The notes: generated by a model from the letters alone, not told the origin. 63,184 nt of DNA, filler included, from 12 parts of 12 records of this genome joined end to end with filler, not necessarily neighbours in it; one strand, 5' to 3'; shown: positions 11,188-23,712, counted from the first letter of the whole stretch. Program-made: numbers and translations.

Positions 11188-11991
11188 ATGAACGCATTAT
11201 TAAGCAATCCCTTTAAAGAACGTTTACGCAAGGGCGAAGTGCAAATTGGTCTGTGGTTAAGCTCAACGACTGCCTATATGGCAGAAATTGCCGCCACTTC
11301 TGGTTATGACTGGTTGCTGATTGACGGGGAGCACGCGCCAAACACCATTCAGGATCTTTATCATCAGCTACAGGCGGTAGCGCCCTATGCCAGCCAACCC
11401 GTGATCCGTCCGGTGGAAGGCAGTAAACCGCTGATTAAACAAGTCCTGGATATTGGCGCGCAAACTCTACTGATCCCGATGGTCGATACTGCCGAACAGG
11501 CACGTCAGGTGGTGTCTGCCACGCGCTATCCTCCCTACGGTGAGCGTGGTGTCGGGGCCAGTGTGGCACGGGCTGCGCGCTGGGGACGCATTGAGAATTA
11601 CATGGCGCAAGTTAACGATTCGCTTTGTCTGTTGGTGCAGGTGGAAAGTAAAACGGCACTGGATAACCTGGACGAAATCCTCGACGTCGAAGGGATTGAT
11701 GGCGTGTTTATTGGACCTGCGGATCTTTCTGCGTCGTTGGGCTACCCGGATAACGCCGGGCACCCGGAAGTGCAGCGAATTATTGAAACCAGTATTCGGC
11801 GGATCCGTGCTGCGGGTAAAGCGGCTGGTTTTCTGGCTGTGGCTCCTGATATGGCGCAGCAATGCCTGGCGTGGGGAGCGAACTTTGTCGCTGTTGGCGT
11901 TGACACGATGCTCTACAGCGATGCCCTGGATCAACGACTGGCGATGTTTAAATCAGGCAAAAATGGGCCACGCATAAAAGGTAGTTATTGA
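11188..11991 (+). CDS. rhmA: 2-keto-3-deoxy-L-rhamnonate aldolase (HpcH family)
   Basis: IDGEH and FIGPADLS motifs. Confidence 0.95.
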
Positions 11992-12031
11992 TATCAAAGG
12001 CCCATGGGGATCGGCTGTGGGCCTGTGTTAA

Positions 12032-12137
12032 TTAGTGGTTATTCGCTGCCAGATCGGCTTCGCTTAGCTGGGTGGCCGCGAGCACCTGGTCACGATCAAA
12101 GCCCTGTTCCAGCATGCGCAAAGCAATTTTAATGGCT
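12032..12137 (-). CDS. ypaA: YpaA, small Rpn C-terminal (RpnS-like) protein, 5' partial
   Basis: Minus strand reads AIKIALRMLEQGFDRDQVLAATQLSEADLAANNH*, a typical Rpn tail; not in the ORF track. Confidence 0.8.
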
Positions 12138-12237
12138 NNNNNNNNNNNNNNNNNNNNNNNNNNNNNNNNNNNNNNNNNNNNTTAATTAATTAANNNNNNN
12201 NNNNNNNNNNNNNNNNNNNNNNNNNNNNNNNNNNNNN
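12138..12237. other. Artificial contig spacer
   Basis: N44-TTAATTAATTAA-N44. Confidence 0.99.
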
Positions 12238-12701
12238 CCGGTTTGAGTAGCGCCACGCTGGTGAATGATCTGCTTGAGCAGCTGGAAAATAGCCCTCTAC
12301 CACCACGGTTATTACATCTGATTATTCCGGCTGAAGCGATTTTAGATCACGCAGAAAGCGTGCAAAAACTGCGGCTGGCGGGATGTCGGATAGTGCTCAG
12401 CCAGGTGGGCCGCGATCTGCAAATCTTCAACTCGCTGAAAGCGAATATGGCAGATTACCTGCTACTTGATGGTGAGTTATGCGCCAACGTGCAGGGTAAT
12501 TTGATGGATGAGATGCTGATTACGATTATTCAGGGGCACGCTCAGCGACTCGGGATGAAAACCATCGCCGGGCCAGTCGTTTTACCCTTAGTGATGGATA
12601 CGCTTTCTGGCATCGGCGTCGATCTGATTTATGGTGAGGTGATTGCCGATGCCCAACCGCTGGATTTGCTGGTGAATAGTAGTTATTTCGCGATTAACTG
12701 A
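12238..12701 (+). CDS. dgcE: Diguanylate cyclase DgcE (YegE), C-terminal degenerate EAL region, 5' partial
   Basis: Ends ...LLVNSSYFAIN; convergent with alkA as in E. coli. Confidence 0.88.
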
Positions 12702-12715
12702 GGCGTGCTTCCCCA

Positions 12716-12802
12716 TCGCCTGATGCGACGCTAACGCGTCTTATCATGCCTACAAATCGCTCATTCCCCAGGCCGGATAAGGCGCTCGCACCGCATCCGG
12801 CG
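12716..12802. repeat. REP pair (BIME) between dgcE and alkA
   Basis: GCCTGATGCGACGCT...TTATCATGCCTAC and GCCGGATAAGGCG...GCATCCGGC. Confidence 0.9.
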
Positions 12803-12809
12803 ACCAACG

Positions 12810-13658
12810 TCATGCTTCGTCTGGTTGCCAGCCTTCCGTATACCAGATATGCAACAGCGCATAAGAACGCCAGGGCTTCCAGCGCTCGGCATAACGGCGG
12901 ATTTGCGCCGGTGTCATTCCCGGAAATCGCTGTTTAATCAGATAATCATCCGGCAGGAAAACATCTTTCGCCTGCCAGCCACGCAAAGCAAAATAATTCG
13001 CCGTCCAGCGCCCGATACCCGGAAAAGTTTGCAGCGTTTTCATCGCCTGCTCCACATCGCCCGGTATTGTCATTGGTAAGGTGCCCTCCAGCGCCGCATT
13101 TGCCAGATGAATCAGCGCCTCTGCCCGTTTCAACGGCATACCTAACGCTTTTAATGCCTGCGGGTCTGCTGCTGCCAGCCGCTGAGGCGTCGGGAAGCAG
13201 ATATACTCCGGAAAATCATCCAGCCGTTCGCCATAAAGCTGTGCCACTCTGGCGGTCAATTTTGCCGCCATCGCCACGCTCACCAGTTGGCCTAAAATCG
13301 CCCGCACGCCCTGCTCAAAAGCATCAACACAGCCGGGTAAACGCAATCCGGGCCGCGCCGCGCCTAACCTGCCCAACGCACCGTTAACAATTTGTGGGTT
13401 ACATTGCAGATCAAACAGGCGGCTCATTTTCGCCAGACACTCTGCGGCAACAGGTTCTAAACCTGCACTTAAATTTATGTGCAGAGTATGGCGGGCTATA
13501 TCCGGAATAGCAGTCACCACGCCGCGATATTCGCCCACCGCCAGACTACGGGCATAATAACTGTCCGCGACCGTTTCCACACTGCTCACCGCACGGGCGG
13601 CGAGAAATCCCAACATCCACGACCAGTCATACGGCGGCTGCCAGTTCAGGGTATACAT
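12810..13658 (-). CDS. alkA: DNA-3-methyladenine glycosylase II
   Basis: HhH motif FPGIGRWTA; recognised sequence. Confidence 0.98.
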   Translation of the reverse strand: MYTLNWQPPYDWSWMLGFLAARAVSSVETVADSYYARSLAVGEYRGVVTAIPDIARHTLHINLSAGLEPVAAECLAKMSRLFDLQCNPQIVNGALGRLGAARPGLRLPGCVDAFEQGVRAILGQLVSVAMAAKLTARVAQLYGERLDDFPEYICFPTPQRLAAADPQALKALGMPLKRAEALIHLANAALEGTLPMTIPGDVEQAMKTLQTFPGIGRWTANYFALRGWQAKDVFLPDDYLIKQRFPGMTPAQIRRYAERWKPWRSYALLHIWYTEGWQPDEA

Positions 13659-13710
13659 CGCATCTCCTTATTCATCCGCTTTCAGCATAAACGTTATTCA
13701 GACGCTGCGC

Positions 13711-13718
13711 TTTGCTTT
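13711..13718 (-). promoter_or_regulatory. Ada box of the alkA promoter
   Basis: AAAGCAAA on the minus strand upstream of alkA. Confidence 0.65.
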
Positions 13719-13791
13719 CATATTCCGGTTGTCGCGACGGCAACATTTCGCTAAAGTCACGCCCCTTCTTCACCGGCATGGGGATTATTTC

Positions 13792-15144
13792 GTGTTTATT
13801 GGTTTTGATTACGGTACAGCAAACTGTTCAGTGGCGGTCATGCGTGACGGTAAACCGCATTTGCTAAAAATGGAAAACGACAGCACGCTGCTGCCTTCAA
13901 TGCTTTGCGCGCCAACGCGTGAAGCGGTAAGCGAATGGCTGTACCGCCATCATGATGTTCCGGCAGACGACGATGAAACGCAGGCGCTGTTACGTCGGGC
14001 GATTCGTTATAACCGCGAAGAAGATATCGATGTTACGGCGAAAAGCGTGCAGTTCGGTCTTTCCTCACTGGCACAGTACATTGATGATCCAGAAGAAGTG
14101 TGGTTTGTGAAATCACCAAAATCGTTCCTCGGTGCCAGCGGCTTAAAACCGCAGCAGGTAGCGCTGTTTGAGGATCTGGTCTGCGCAATGATGTTGCACA
14201 TTCGCCAGCAGGCGCAGGCACAGCTGCCAGAAGCGATTACTCAGGCGGTGATTGGTCGTCCGATCAACTTCCAGGGGCTGGGCGGTGATGAAGCAAACAC
14301 CCAGGCGCAAGGGATTCTGGAACGCGCGGCGAAGCGTGCCGGATTCAGGGACGTGGTATTCCAGTACGAGCCGGTCGCGGCTGGGCTGGATTACGAAGCC
14401 ACCTTGCAGGAAGAAAAACGGGTGCTGGTGGTGGATATCGGCGGTGGTACGACTGACTGTTCATTGCTGCTGATGGGGCCGCAGTGGCGTTCGCGTCTCG
14501 ATCGTGAAGCCAGCCTGCTGGGTCACAGTGGTTGCCGTATTGGCGGTAACGATCTGGATATCGCGCTGGCGTTTAAAAACCTGATGCCACTGCTGGGTAT
14601 GGGTGGCGAAACCGAAAAAGGCATCGCCCTGCCGATCCTGCCGTGGTGGAATGCGGTTGCCATCAACGACGTACCTGCGCAGAGTGATTTCTACAGTAGT
14701 GCCAACGGTCGTCTGCTTAACGATCTGGTACGCGATGCCCGCGAACCGGAAAAAGTGGCCCTGTTACAGAAAGTCTGGCGTCAGCGTTTAAGCTATCGCC
14801 TGGTGCGTAGCGCAGAAGAGTGCAAAATTGCTCTTTCAAGCGTAGCGGAAACCCGCGCCTCACTGCCGTTTATCAGCAATGAACTGGCTACGCTGATTAG
14901 CCAGCGAGGGCTGGAAAGCGCCCTCAGCCAGCCACTGACGCGGATTCTGGAACAGGTGCAACTGGCCCTGGATAACGCCCAGGAAAAACCGGACGTTATC
15001 TACCTGACCGGCGGTAGCGCCCGTTCTCCGCTGATTAAAAAAGCGCTGGCAGAACAGTTGCCGGGCATTCCGATTGCAGGCGGCGATGACTTTGGCTCCG
15101 TCACCGCCGGGCTGGCACGCTGGGCGGAAGTGGTGTTTCGTTAA
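13792..15144 (+). CDS. yegD: Hsp70-like chaperone YegD
   Basis: GFDYGTANC, DIGGGTTD and LTGGSA actin/Hsp70 ATPase motifs; GTG start. Confidence 0.95.
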   Translation: MFIGFDYGTANCSVAVMRDGKPHLLKMENDSTLLPSMLCAPTREAVSEWLYRHHDVPADDDETQALLRRAIRYNREEDIDVTAKSVQFGLSSLAQYIDDPEEVWFVKSPKSFLGASGLKPQQVALFEDLVCAMMLHIRQQAQAQLPEAITQAVIGRPINFQGLGGDEANTQAQGILERAAKRAGFRDVVFQYEPVAAGLDYEATLQEEKRVLVVDIGGGTTDCSLLLMGPQWRSRLDREASLLGHSGCRIGGNDLDIALAFKNLMPLLGMGGETEKGIALPILPWWNAVAINDVPAQSDFYSSANGRLLNDLVRDAREPEKVALLQKVWRQRLSYRLVRSAEECKIALSSVAETRASLPFISNELATLISQRGLESALSQPLTRILEQVQLALDNAQEKPDVIYLTGGSARSPLIKKALAEQLPGIPIAGGDDFGSVTAGLARWAEVVFR

Positions 15145-15156
15145 TTGAAAAATGGC

Positions 15157-17103
15157 TCAGCAGCGGCTTAAATCTGCCTGCGCCTGAGCCAGTTTTTCTG
15201 CTGCCTGACGTAACGGTTCCATCAACGGCATGGTCCGTGCTGGAGCATGAAGGCGGAATCGCTGCAACTCTGTCGCGCCGACTGTCAACGCCGATTCCAG
15301 CCGATGTCGTTTGGCGGTCATTTTCGCCATTACCGCTTGTCTGTCTGCTGGCGTTATCGCTTCATTCGGCCTGAACACAAAACGGCGTTCACAGCTCGCT
15401 TTCCAGTCGATAACCGCCTGGGTCAGATGGTCGCCAAACCCTTTCACTTGCTTAACGCCACGACGGGTAACATCTGCGGCTGTTTCAATACCAAAAGACC
15501 GTAACGCCGCTTTACGCGCAGGGCCAACGCCGGGAATAGAGGCAACATCAATAAAAAATCCCTCCAGAAACTTCTGCTTCTGCCGTTCCCTTGCAGTGTC
15601 ATGAAGTGCTGCCAGAGCGCGTTTCTCTTCTTCCGGTAACCCGAGAATTTCGTCCTTCATTTTTTCGAGCATCGTCCGTTTGGCGATAAAACCTTCCAGG
15701 CCGCCTACCTGCTGGATCTGGCGGACTAAATGGTCATAGTCCATTTTCGCACGATTAAATGCCTCACGGCGTTGCTGAACTTCTGCTTTGTACGCTTTGC
15801 TTGTCAGACTGCCAATAATCCAGATAGCCGCCAGCACAGGAACCAAAATAATATAACGCGGTTCTGCCTGAAGGCCGCAAAGCAGCAGCGATAATGCTGA
15901 CAGTGCGATCTCAAGCAGAATGATGTATTCGCGCCGTAACAGGCCTAAAGGAAGCGGCCTGCCAGTCGGTTGGAAATGATCGGGTAATGGCAGTTGCAAT
16001 GCTGGCGGTGCTACTGACGCCATCACCATCGCCCAGACTTTCGCCAGCACAAAATTCCCGCCGGTGGTAATGACCTCTTCGCCGAGATCAATAAAATAGA
16101 TAACACCTTGATTATCCAGCGCACACCACGGGCAGTCAGTCAAATGAGCGGGGTAAACATGCATTGCTGAAACGATACATTTCTTTAACTGTTGGCGTAG
16201 AGAGTCCAGTGCCGCTACCCACGCTTTAGCCGTCGGACGCCCGGTTGCCACGCCACTTTCCGTGAATGCCTGCTGAAACATGGCTTCAACATCACTCGGT
16301 AACATCGATAGCGGAATAGATCGTGGCGGCGGTTTTAAACCACGTCGCTGATTATCTGACGCGTAGGCATAACGGAAATGGGTAATATCCGTCTCCAGCG
16401 CATTACCCGCATCAGAGATAAGCGGCACACCAGAATAAGGATGCCGCCCACCAAACAAGACGTGAAAAATTAGCAACGCAAGGCCAAAATTATCGTGATT
16501 TTCTGTGCGTTCAAAACCGACAAATGATGGCAAGGTTTGTAGCTCTGGCGGCGTAAAATGCGACACGCCGACTTCGCATAAATGCAGTGTGCCATTGGCG
16601 TTAATTTGAAAGGAGTCGCTATCAATCAGTACCACTTTGCTGTCGCGACCTACCATAAAACTGTTCTGGTTTACGTCACCCACGACGTGCCCGTGCTCGT
16701 GAACCGTAGCAAAAGATGAAGCAATATTGCGCGCAACATAGAGTAGAAAATCCCACGCACAATGAGGGTAACTCTGGCGACGATGTGCCGGGCTATAGAT
16801 CATATGAATCGGTTCTTTACCAGAAACTTTTGGCATCATAAAACCGATAACTTTTCCGCCTCGTCCACCGTGAAGCGTTGCCTGCGGCCAGGCGACATAA
16901 TTCAACAACTGCGCGTCAGCTGTCGCAGCCATAAAGGCAAGTTTGTCCTGTTTTAAGGCGGGTGGCGGCGTGTGATAAATCTTGGCGACGCTATCGACAA
17001 ACTCCTCGATATCATAAACCGCGCCTTCACCACCTTTGCCCAGTTCACGGCCAAGAGTGGTCAATTCACCTGTCGATGTAAATACTTTTATATTTGTTTT
17101 CAT
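15157..17103 (-). CDS. yegI: Membrane-anchored Hanks-type kinase with C-terminal HhH
   Basis: GKGGEG, VAK, GDVNQN, DSDS; two TM segments; IPGVGP HhH. Confidence 0.95.
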   Translation of the reverse strand: MKTNIKVFTSTGELTTLGRELGKGGEGAVYDIEEFVDSVAKIYHTPPPALKQDKLAFMAATADAQLLNYVAWPQATLHGGRGGKVIGFMMPKVSGKEPIHMIYSPAHRRQSYPHCAWDFLLYVARNIASSFATVHEHGHVVGDVNQNSFMVGRDSKVVLIDSDSFQINANGTLHLCEVGVSHFTPPELQTLPSFVGFERTENHDNFGLALLIFHVLFGGRHPYSGVPLISDAGNALETDITHFRYAYASDNQRRGLKPPPRSIPLSMLPSDVEAMFQQAFTESGVATGRPTAKAWVAALDSLRQQLKKCIVSAMHVYPAHLTDCPWCALDNQGVIYFIDLGEEVITTGGNFVLAKVWAMVMASVAPPALQLPLPDHFQPTGRPLPLGLLRREYIILLEIALSALSLLLCGLQAEPRYIILVPVLAAIWIIGSLTSKAYKAEVQQRREAFNRAKMDYDHLVRQIQQVGGLEGFIAKRTMLEKMKDEILGLPEEEKRALAALHDTARERQKQKFLEGFFIDVASIPGVGPARKAALRSFGIETAADVTRRGVKQVKGFGDHLTQAVIDWKASCERRFVFRPNEAITPADRQAVMAKMTAKRHRLESALTVGATELQRFRLHAPARTMPLMEPLRQAAEKLAQAQADLSRC

Positions 17104-17302
17104 AATATTTCGCGGGTAGTTATATTATATTTCAATGAATAATAACAACTAACCATTAAAATTATTTCTATATGGGGAAAACCCACTCAAGAATAAAAAT
17201 GATAATGCAATTTTATCAGGATACAATTCAATTTCGGCCTGATAATGATTAACTTCCACAGGTTTTTGCTAACTTTGACTACAAAGGGATTCTGGAGAAA
17301 AA

Positions 17303-17446
17303 ATGAAAAAGATATTACTTATGTTGAGTCTGCTATTTTTTACTACCGCGGGCTTTAGTGAAGTTTCGGATACGTTAGTGACGGGAGGTTATGATAAACA
17401 AGCGATGTCTGACGCGATTAAACATGCGCGGAAAGAAACCGATAAA
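17303..17446 (+). CDS. yegJ: YegJ secreted protein (3' partial)
   Basis: Signal peptide MKKILLMLSLLFFTTAGFS; K-12 synteny. Confidence 0.8.
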
Positions 17447-17546
17447 NNNNNNNNNNNNNNNNNNNNNNNNNNNNNNNNNNNNNNNNNNNNTTAATTAATT
17501 AANNNNNNNNNNNNNNNNNNNNNNNNNNNNNNNNNNNNNNNNNNNN
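17447..17546. other. Artificial contig spacer
   Basis: N44-TTAATTAATTAA-N44. Confidence 0.99.
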
Positions 17547-18538
17547 AACCGCAAGGCACCGGGCTGCTGAAAGCCAATCCGGAAGACTTTGTGGTGGTGG
17601 AAGATTTGGGCTTTGAGCCTGATGGTGAAGGTGAGCATATTCTGGTTAGAATCCTCAAAACCGGCTGCAATACCCGTTTTGTGGCGGATGCACTGGCGAA
17701 ATTCCTGAAAATTCATGCCCGTGAAGTCAGCTTCGCTGGGCAAAAAGCAAACATGCTGTTACGGAACAGTGGTTATGCGCTCGCGTGCCGGGCAAGGAAA
17801 TGCCCGATCTGAGCGCCTTTCAACTGGAAGGCTGCCAGGTGCTGGAGTATGCGCGGCACAAGCGCAAGCTGCGTTTAGGCGCGCTGAAAGGTAACGCCTT
17901 TACCCTGGTTCTGCGCGAAGTGAGCAATCGCGATGACGTTGAACAACGTCTGATCGATATTTGCGTAAAAGGTGTACCGAACTACTTCGGTGCCCAACGT
18001 TTTGGGATTGGCGGTAGCAACTTGCAGGGGGCGCAGCGCTGGGCGCAAACCAATACTCCGGTGCGCGATCGCAATAAACGGAGTTTTTGGTTGTCGGCAG
18101 CCCGCAGTGCGTTGTTTAATCAGATTGTTGCTGAGCGCCTCAAAAAAGCAGACGTTAATCAAGTTGTTGACGGCGATGCGCTACAATTAGCCGGACGTGG
18201 TAGCTGGTTTGTCGCAACCACCGAAGAACTGGCGGAATTACAGCGTCGCGTCAACGATAAAGAGTTGATGATAACCGCCGCATTGCCAGGCAGTGGCGAA
18301 TGGGGAACTCAGCGTGAAGCGCTGGCATTCGAACAAGCAGCTGTCGCCGCAGAAACTGAATTACAAGCTTTACTGGTGCGCGAAAAAGTTGAAGCCGCGC
18401 GCAGAGCGATGCTGCTGTATCCGCAACAATTAAGCTGGAATTGGTGGGATGACGTCACCGTAGAGATCCGTTTCTGGCTTCCGGCGGGTAGTTTTGCAAC
18501 CAGCGTTGTCAGGGAACTTATCAACACAACAGGTGATT

Positions 18539-18558
<20 letters not shown>
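17547..18558 (+). CDS. truD: tRNA pseudouridine(13) synthase, 5' partial, with an apparent 1-bp deletion near 17748
   Basis: Split ORFs 17591-17812 and 17785-18558; [10 protein letters not shown] motif; frameshift falls in AGQK(D)KHA. Confidence 0.92.
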
Positions 18559-19920
<1,362 letters not shown>

Positions 19921-20059
19921 AACGTGAGGAAATACCTGGATTTTTCCTGGTTATTTTGCCGCAGGTCAGCGTATCGTGAACATCTTTTCCAGTGTTCAGT
20001 AGGGTGCCTTGCACGGTAATTATGTCACTGGTTATTAACCAATTTTTCCTGGGGGATAA

Positions 20060-21199
20060 ATGAGCGCGGGAAGCCCAAAATTCACCGTTCGCCGCATTGC
20101 GGCTTTGTCACTGGTTTCGCTATGGCTGGCAGGCTGTTCTGACACTTCAAATCCACCGGCACCGGTCAGCTCCGTTAATGGCAATGCGCCTGCAAATACT
20201 AATTCTGGTATGTTGATTACGCCGCCGCCGAAAATGGGGACGACGTCTACAGCGCAGCAACCGCAAATTCAGCCGGTGCAGCAGCCACAAATTCAGGCTA
20301 CTCAACAACCGCAAATCCAGCCAGTGCAGCCAGTAGCTCAGCAGCCGGTACAGATGGAAAACGGACGCATCGTCTATAACCGTCAGTATGGGAACATTCC
20401 GAAAGGCAGTTATAGCGGCAGTACCTATACCGTGAAAAAAGGCGACACACTTTTCTATATCGCCTGGATTACTGGCAACGATTTCCGTGACCTTGCTCAG
20501 CGCAACAATATTCAGGCACCATACGCGCTGAACGTTGGTCAGACCTTGCAGGTGGGTAATGCTTCCGGTACGCCAATCACTGGCGGAAATGCCATTACCC
20601 AGGCCGACGCAGCAGAGCAAGGAGTTGTGATCAAGCCTGCACAAAATTCCACCGTTGCTGTTGCGTCGCAACCGACAATTACGTATTCTGAGTCTTCGGG
20701 TGAACAGAGTGCTAACAAAATGTTGCCGAACAACAAGCCAACTGCGACCACGGTCACAGCGCCTGTAACGGTACCAACAGCAAGCACAACCGAGCCGACT
20801 GTCAGCAGTACATCAACCAGTACGCCTATCTCCACCTGGCGCTGGCCGACTGAGGGCAAAGTGATCGAAACCTTTGGCGCTTCTGAGGGGGGCAACAAGG
20901 GGATTGATATCGCAGGCAGCAAAGGACAGGCAATTATCGCGACCGCAGATGGCCGCGTTGTTTATGCTGGTAACGCGCTGCGCGGCTACGGTAATCTGAT
21001 TATCATCAAACATAATGATGATTACCTGAGTGCCTACGCCCATAACGACACAATGCTGGTCCGGGAACAACAAGAAGTTAAGGCGGGGCAAAAAATAGCG
21101 ACCATGGGTAGCACCGGAACCAGTTCAACACGCTTGCATTTTGAAATTCGTTACAAGGGGAAATCCGTAAACCCGCTGCGTTATTTGCCGCAGCGATAA
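20060..21199 (+). CDS. nlpD: Lipoprotein NlpD (LysM plus M23-like amidase activator)
   Basis: LAGC lipobox, LysM, QPQIQ repeats, LytM domain. Confidence 0.98.
   Translation: MSAGSPKFTVRRIAALSLVSLWLAGCSDTSNPPAPVSSVNGNAPANTNSGMLITPPPKMGTTSTAQQPQIQPVQQPQIQATQQPQIQPVQPVAQQPVQMENGRIVYNRQYGNIPKGSYSGSTYTVKKGDTLFYIAWITGNDFRDLAQRNNIQAPYALNVGQTLQVGNASGTPITGGNAITQADAAEQGVVIKPAQNSTVAVASQPTITYSESSGEQSANKMLPNNKPTATTVTAPVTVPTASTTEPTVSSTSTSTPISTWRWPTEGKVIETFGASEGGNKGIDIAGSKGQAIIATADGRVVYAGNALRGYGNLIIIKHNDDYLSAYAHNDTMLVREQQEVKAGQKIATMGSTGTSSTRLHFEIRYKGKSVNPLRYLPQR
20661..20689 (+). promoter_or_regulatory. Main rpoS promoter inside nlpD
   Basis: TTGCGT-17 bp-TATTCT about 570 bp upstream of the rpoS ATG. Confidence 0.8.
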
Positions 21200-21261
21200 A
21201 TCGGCGGAACCAGGCTTTTGCTTGAATGTTCCGTCAAGGGATCACGGGTAGGAGCCACCTT

Positions 21262-22254
21262 ATGAGTCAGAATACGCTGAAAGTTCATGATTTAAATGAA
21301 GATGCGGAATTTGATGAGAACGGAGTTGAGGTTTTTGACGAAAAGGCCTTAGTAGAACTGGAACCCAGTGATAACGATTTGGCCGAAGAGGAACTGTTAT
21401 CGCAGGGAGCCACACAGCGTGTGTTGGACGCGACTCAGCTTTACCTTGGTGAGATTGGTTATTCACCACTGTTAACGGCCGAAGAAGAAGTTTATTTTGC
21501 GCGTCGCGCACTGCGTGGAGATGTCGCCTCTCGCCGCCGGATGATCGAGAGTAACTTGCGTCTGGTGGTAAAAATTGCCCGCCGTTATGGCAATCGTGGT
21601 CTGGCGTTGCTGGACCTTATCGAAGAGGGCAACCTGGGGCTGATCCGCGCGGTAGAGAAGTTTGACCCGGAACGTGGTTTCCGCTTCTCAACATACGCAA
21701 CCTGGTGGATTCGCCAGACGATTGAACGGGCGATTATGAACCAAACCCGTACTATTCGTTTGCCGATTCACATCGTAAAGGAGCTGAACGTTTACCTGCG
21801 AACCGCACGTGAGTTGTCCCATAAGCTGGACCATGAACCAAGTGCGGAAGAGATCGCAGAGCAACTGGATAAGCCAGTTGATGACGTCAGCCGTATGCTT
21901 CGTCTTAACGAGCGCATTACCTCGGTAGACACCCCGCTGGGTGGTGATTCCGAAAAAGCGTTGCTGGACATCCTGGCCGATGAAAAAGAGAACGGTCCGG
22001 AAGATACCACGCAAGATGACGATATGAAGCAGAGCATCGTCAAATGGCTGTTCGAGCTGAACGCCAAACAGCGTGAAGTGCTGGCACGTCGATTCGGTTT
22101 GCTGGGGTACGAAGCGGCAACACTGGAAGATGTAGGTCGTGAAATTGGCCTCACCCGTGAACGTGTTCGCCAGATTCAGGTTGAAGGCCTGCGCCGTTTG
22201 CGCGAAATCCTGCAAACGCAGGGGCTGAATATCGAAGCGCTGTTCCGCGAGTAA
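21262..22254 (+). CDS. rpoS: RNA polymerase sigma factor RpoS (codon 33 = CTG, Leu)
   Basis: [10 protein letters not shown]... with sigma70 regions 2-4; AGGAG RBS. Confidence 0.99.
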   Translation: MSQNTLKVHDLNEDAEFDENGVEVFDEKALVELEPSDNDLAEEELLSQGATQRVLDATQLYLGEIGYSPLLTAEEEVYFARRALRGDVASRRRMIESNLRLVVKIARRYGNRGLALLDLIEEGNLGLIRAVEKFDPERGFRFSTYATWWIRQTIERAIMNQTRTIRLPIHIVKELNVYLRTARELSHKLDHEPSAEEIAEQLDKPVDDVSRMLRLNERITSVDTPLGGDSEKALLDILADEKENGPEDTTQDDDMKQSIVKWLFELNAKQREVLARRFGLLGYEAATLEDVGREIGLTRERVRQIQVEGLRRLREILQTQGLNIEALFRE

Positions 22255-22267
22255 GTAAGCATCTGTC

Positions 22268-22343
22268 AGAAAGGCCAGTCTCAAGCGAGGCTGGCCTTTT
22301 CTGTGCACAATAAAAGGTCCGATGCCCATCGGACCTTTTTATT
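22268..22343. terminator. Two intrinsic hairpins between convergent rpoS and ygbN
   Basis: AAAGGCCAGTCTC...GAGGCTGGCCTTTT and AAAAGGTCCGATG...CATCGGACCTTTTT. Confidence 0.8.
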
Positions 22344-22347
22344 AAGG

Positions 22348-23712
22348 TCAAATTACCGCCCATACGCACCAGGTAATTAAGAATCCGGTAAAACCGAGAA
22401 TGGTCGTTAACACTGTCCAGGTTTTCAGACCGTCTGCTACCGACAACCCCAGATATTTGGTCACAATCCAGAACCCTGAGTCATTAATATGTGACGCACC
22501 AAGCCCACCAAAGCAGGCTGCCAGCGTCACCAATACGCACTGAATCGGATTCAATCCCATCACCGCTTCTGAGAGTAACCCGCCGGTTGTCAGTATTGCT
22601 ACGGTTGCTGACCCCTGCGATGCACGCAGCGCCAGTGAAATAATAAATGCGGCTGGTAACAGAGGCAGGTCAATCATTTGTAGCATGTTGGCAAGGGCTT
22701 TGCCGACGCCCGATTCCACCAGCACTTTGCCAAATACCCCTCCAGCACCAGTAACCAAAATCACTACCGCCGCAGTAGGAAGCGCTGAGCCCATAATGTC
22801 GCTGGTGTGTTGTAAGCTCCAGCCGCGACGTAAAGCCAATAACCAGAATGCCAGCACCAGCGCAATCATTAGAGCTACCATTGGTGAGCCGATCAGCTGT
22901 AGCGTACCAAGCAGGGGATGCGAAGGCGGCATCAGTGTTGCGGAAACCGTACCCGCCATGATAATCGCGATAGGAATAACAATTAGCGAGGTGACCAGCG
23001 CGACGCCCGGTGGATTTATTTTATCGCTTAATTTTGTCGCGCCTTCCTCACTGGCCGGAGCCAGTTGCATCTGTTCCAGTACTTCTACTGACATCGCATA
23101 TTGGCGCTTATTGATTATTTTCGCTGCAAAGTAGCCAACAACCCCTACGGGAATAGAAATCGCAATACCGATGATGGTTAGCCAGCCGATGTCTGCGTGG
23201 AGTAACCCCGCTGCGGCGACAGGGCCTGGATGCGGCGGTACCGCCACGTGAACAGTGAGCATGATCCCAGCGACAGGCAGGCCAAATTTGAGTGGCGATA
23301 TTTTGGCAACCTTGGCAAAACCGTAAATGATTGGCGCAAGAATAATAAAGCCGACATCAAAGAAGACGGGAATACCGAGGAAGAACGCTGCCAGAGTCAG
23401 CGCAGCGATAGTTCGTTTGTCACCTAACTTGCGACTGAAATAATTAGCCAGTGACTCTGCACCACCAGAGTGTTCGATCATACGCCCCAGCATAGCGCCC
23501 AGACCAATAATAATAGTGACGGAACCAAGCACACCGCCCATCCCGGCGATCATCACTTTACCCACTTCGCCCGCCGGTATACCTGCCGCAAGTGCGACTA
23601 ACAGGCTGACGAGGAGCAAAGCAACGAATGGTTGTACCTTTGCCTTGATGACCAGCAGCAACAGCATGATTACGCCAGCTAACGCAATGCATAACAATGT
23701 AATTGTGGACAT
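22348..23712 (-). CDS. ygbN: GntP-family transporter
   Basis: VPPHPGP and SHINDSGFW GntP motifs; K-12-type mutS-rpoS region. Confidence 0.93.
   Translation of the reverse strand: MSTITLLCIALAGVIMLLLLVIKAKVQPFVALLLVSLLVALAAGIPAGEVGKVMIAGMGGVLGSVTIIIGLGAMLGRMIEHSGGAESLANYFSRKLGDKRTIAALTLAAFFLGIPVFFDVGFIILAPIIYGFAKVAKISPLKFGLPVAGIMLTVHVAVPPHPGPVAAAGLLHADIGWLTIIGIAISIPVGVVGYFAAKIINKRQYAMSVEVLEQMQLAPASEEGATKLSDKINPPGVALVTSLIVIPIAIIMAGTVSATLMPPSHPLLGTLQLIGSPMVALMIALVLAFWLLALRRGWSLQHTSDIMGSALPTAAVVILVTGAGGVFGKVLVESGVGKALANMLQMIDLPLLPAAFIISLALRASQGSATVAILTTGGLLSEAVMGLNPIQCVLVTLAACFGGLGASHINDSGFWIVTKYLGLSVADGLKTWTVLTTILGFTGFLITWCVWAVI

Noticed and set aside
17591..17812. truD frameshift as a true pseudogene
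   Set aside because: It lies within about 200 bp of a contig end in an A-rich stretch, near another apparent miscall; most likely a low-coverage sequencing error
20256..20345. QPQIQ tandem repeats in nlpD
   Set aside because: Known linker repeats of NlpD
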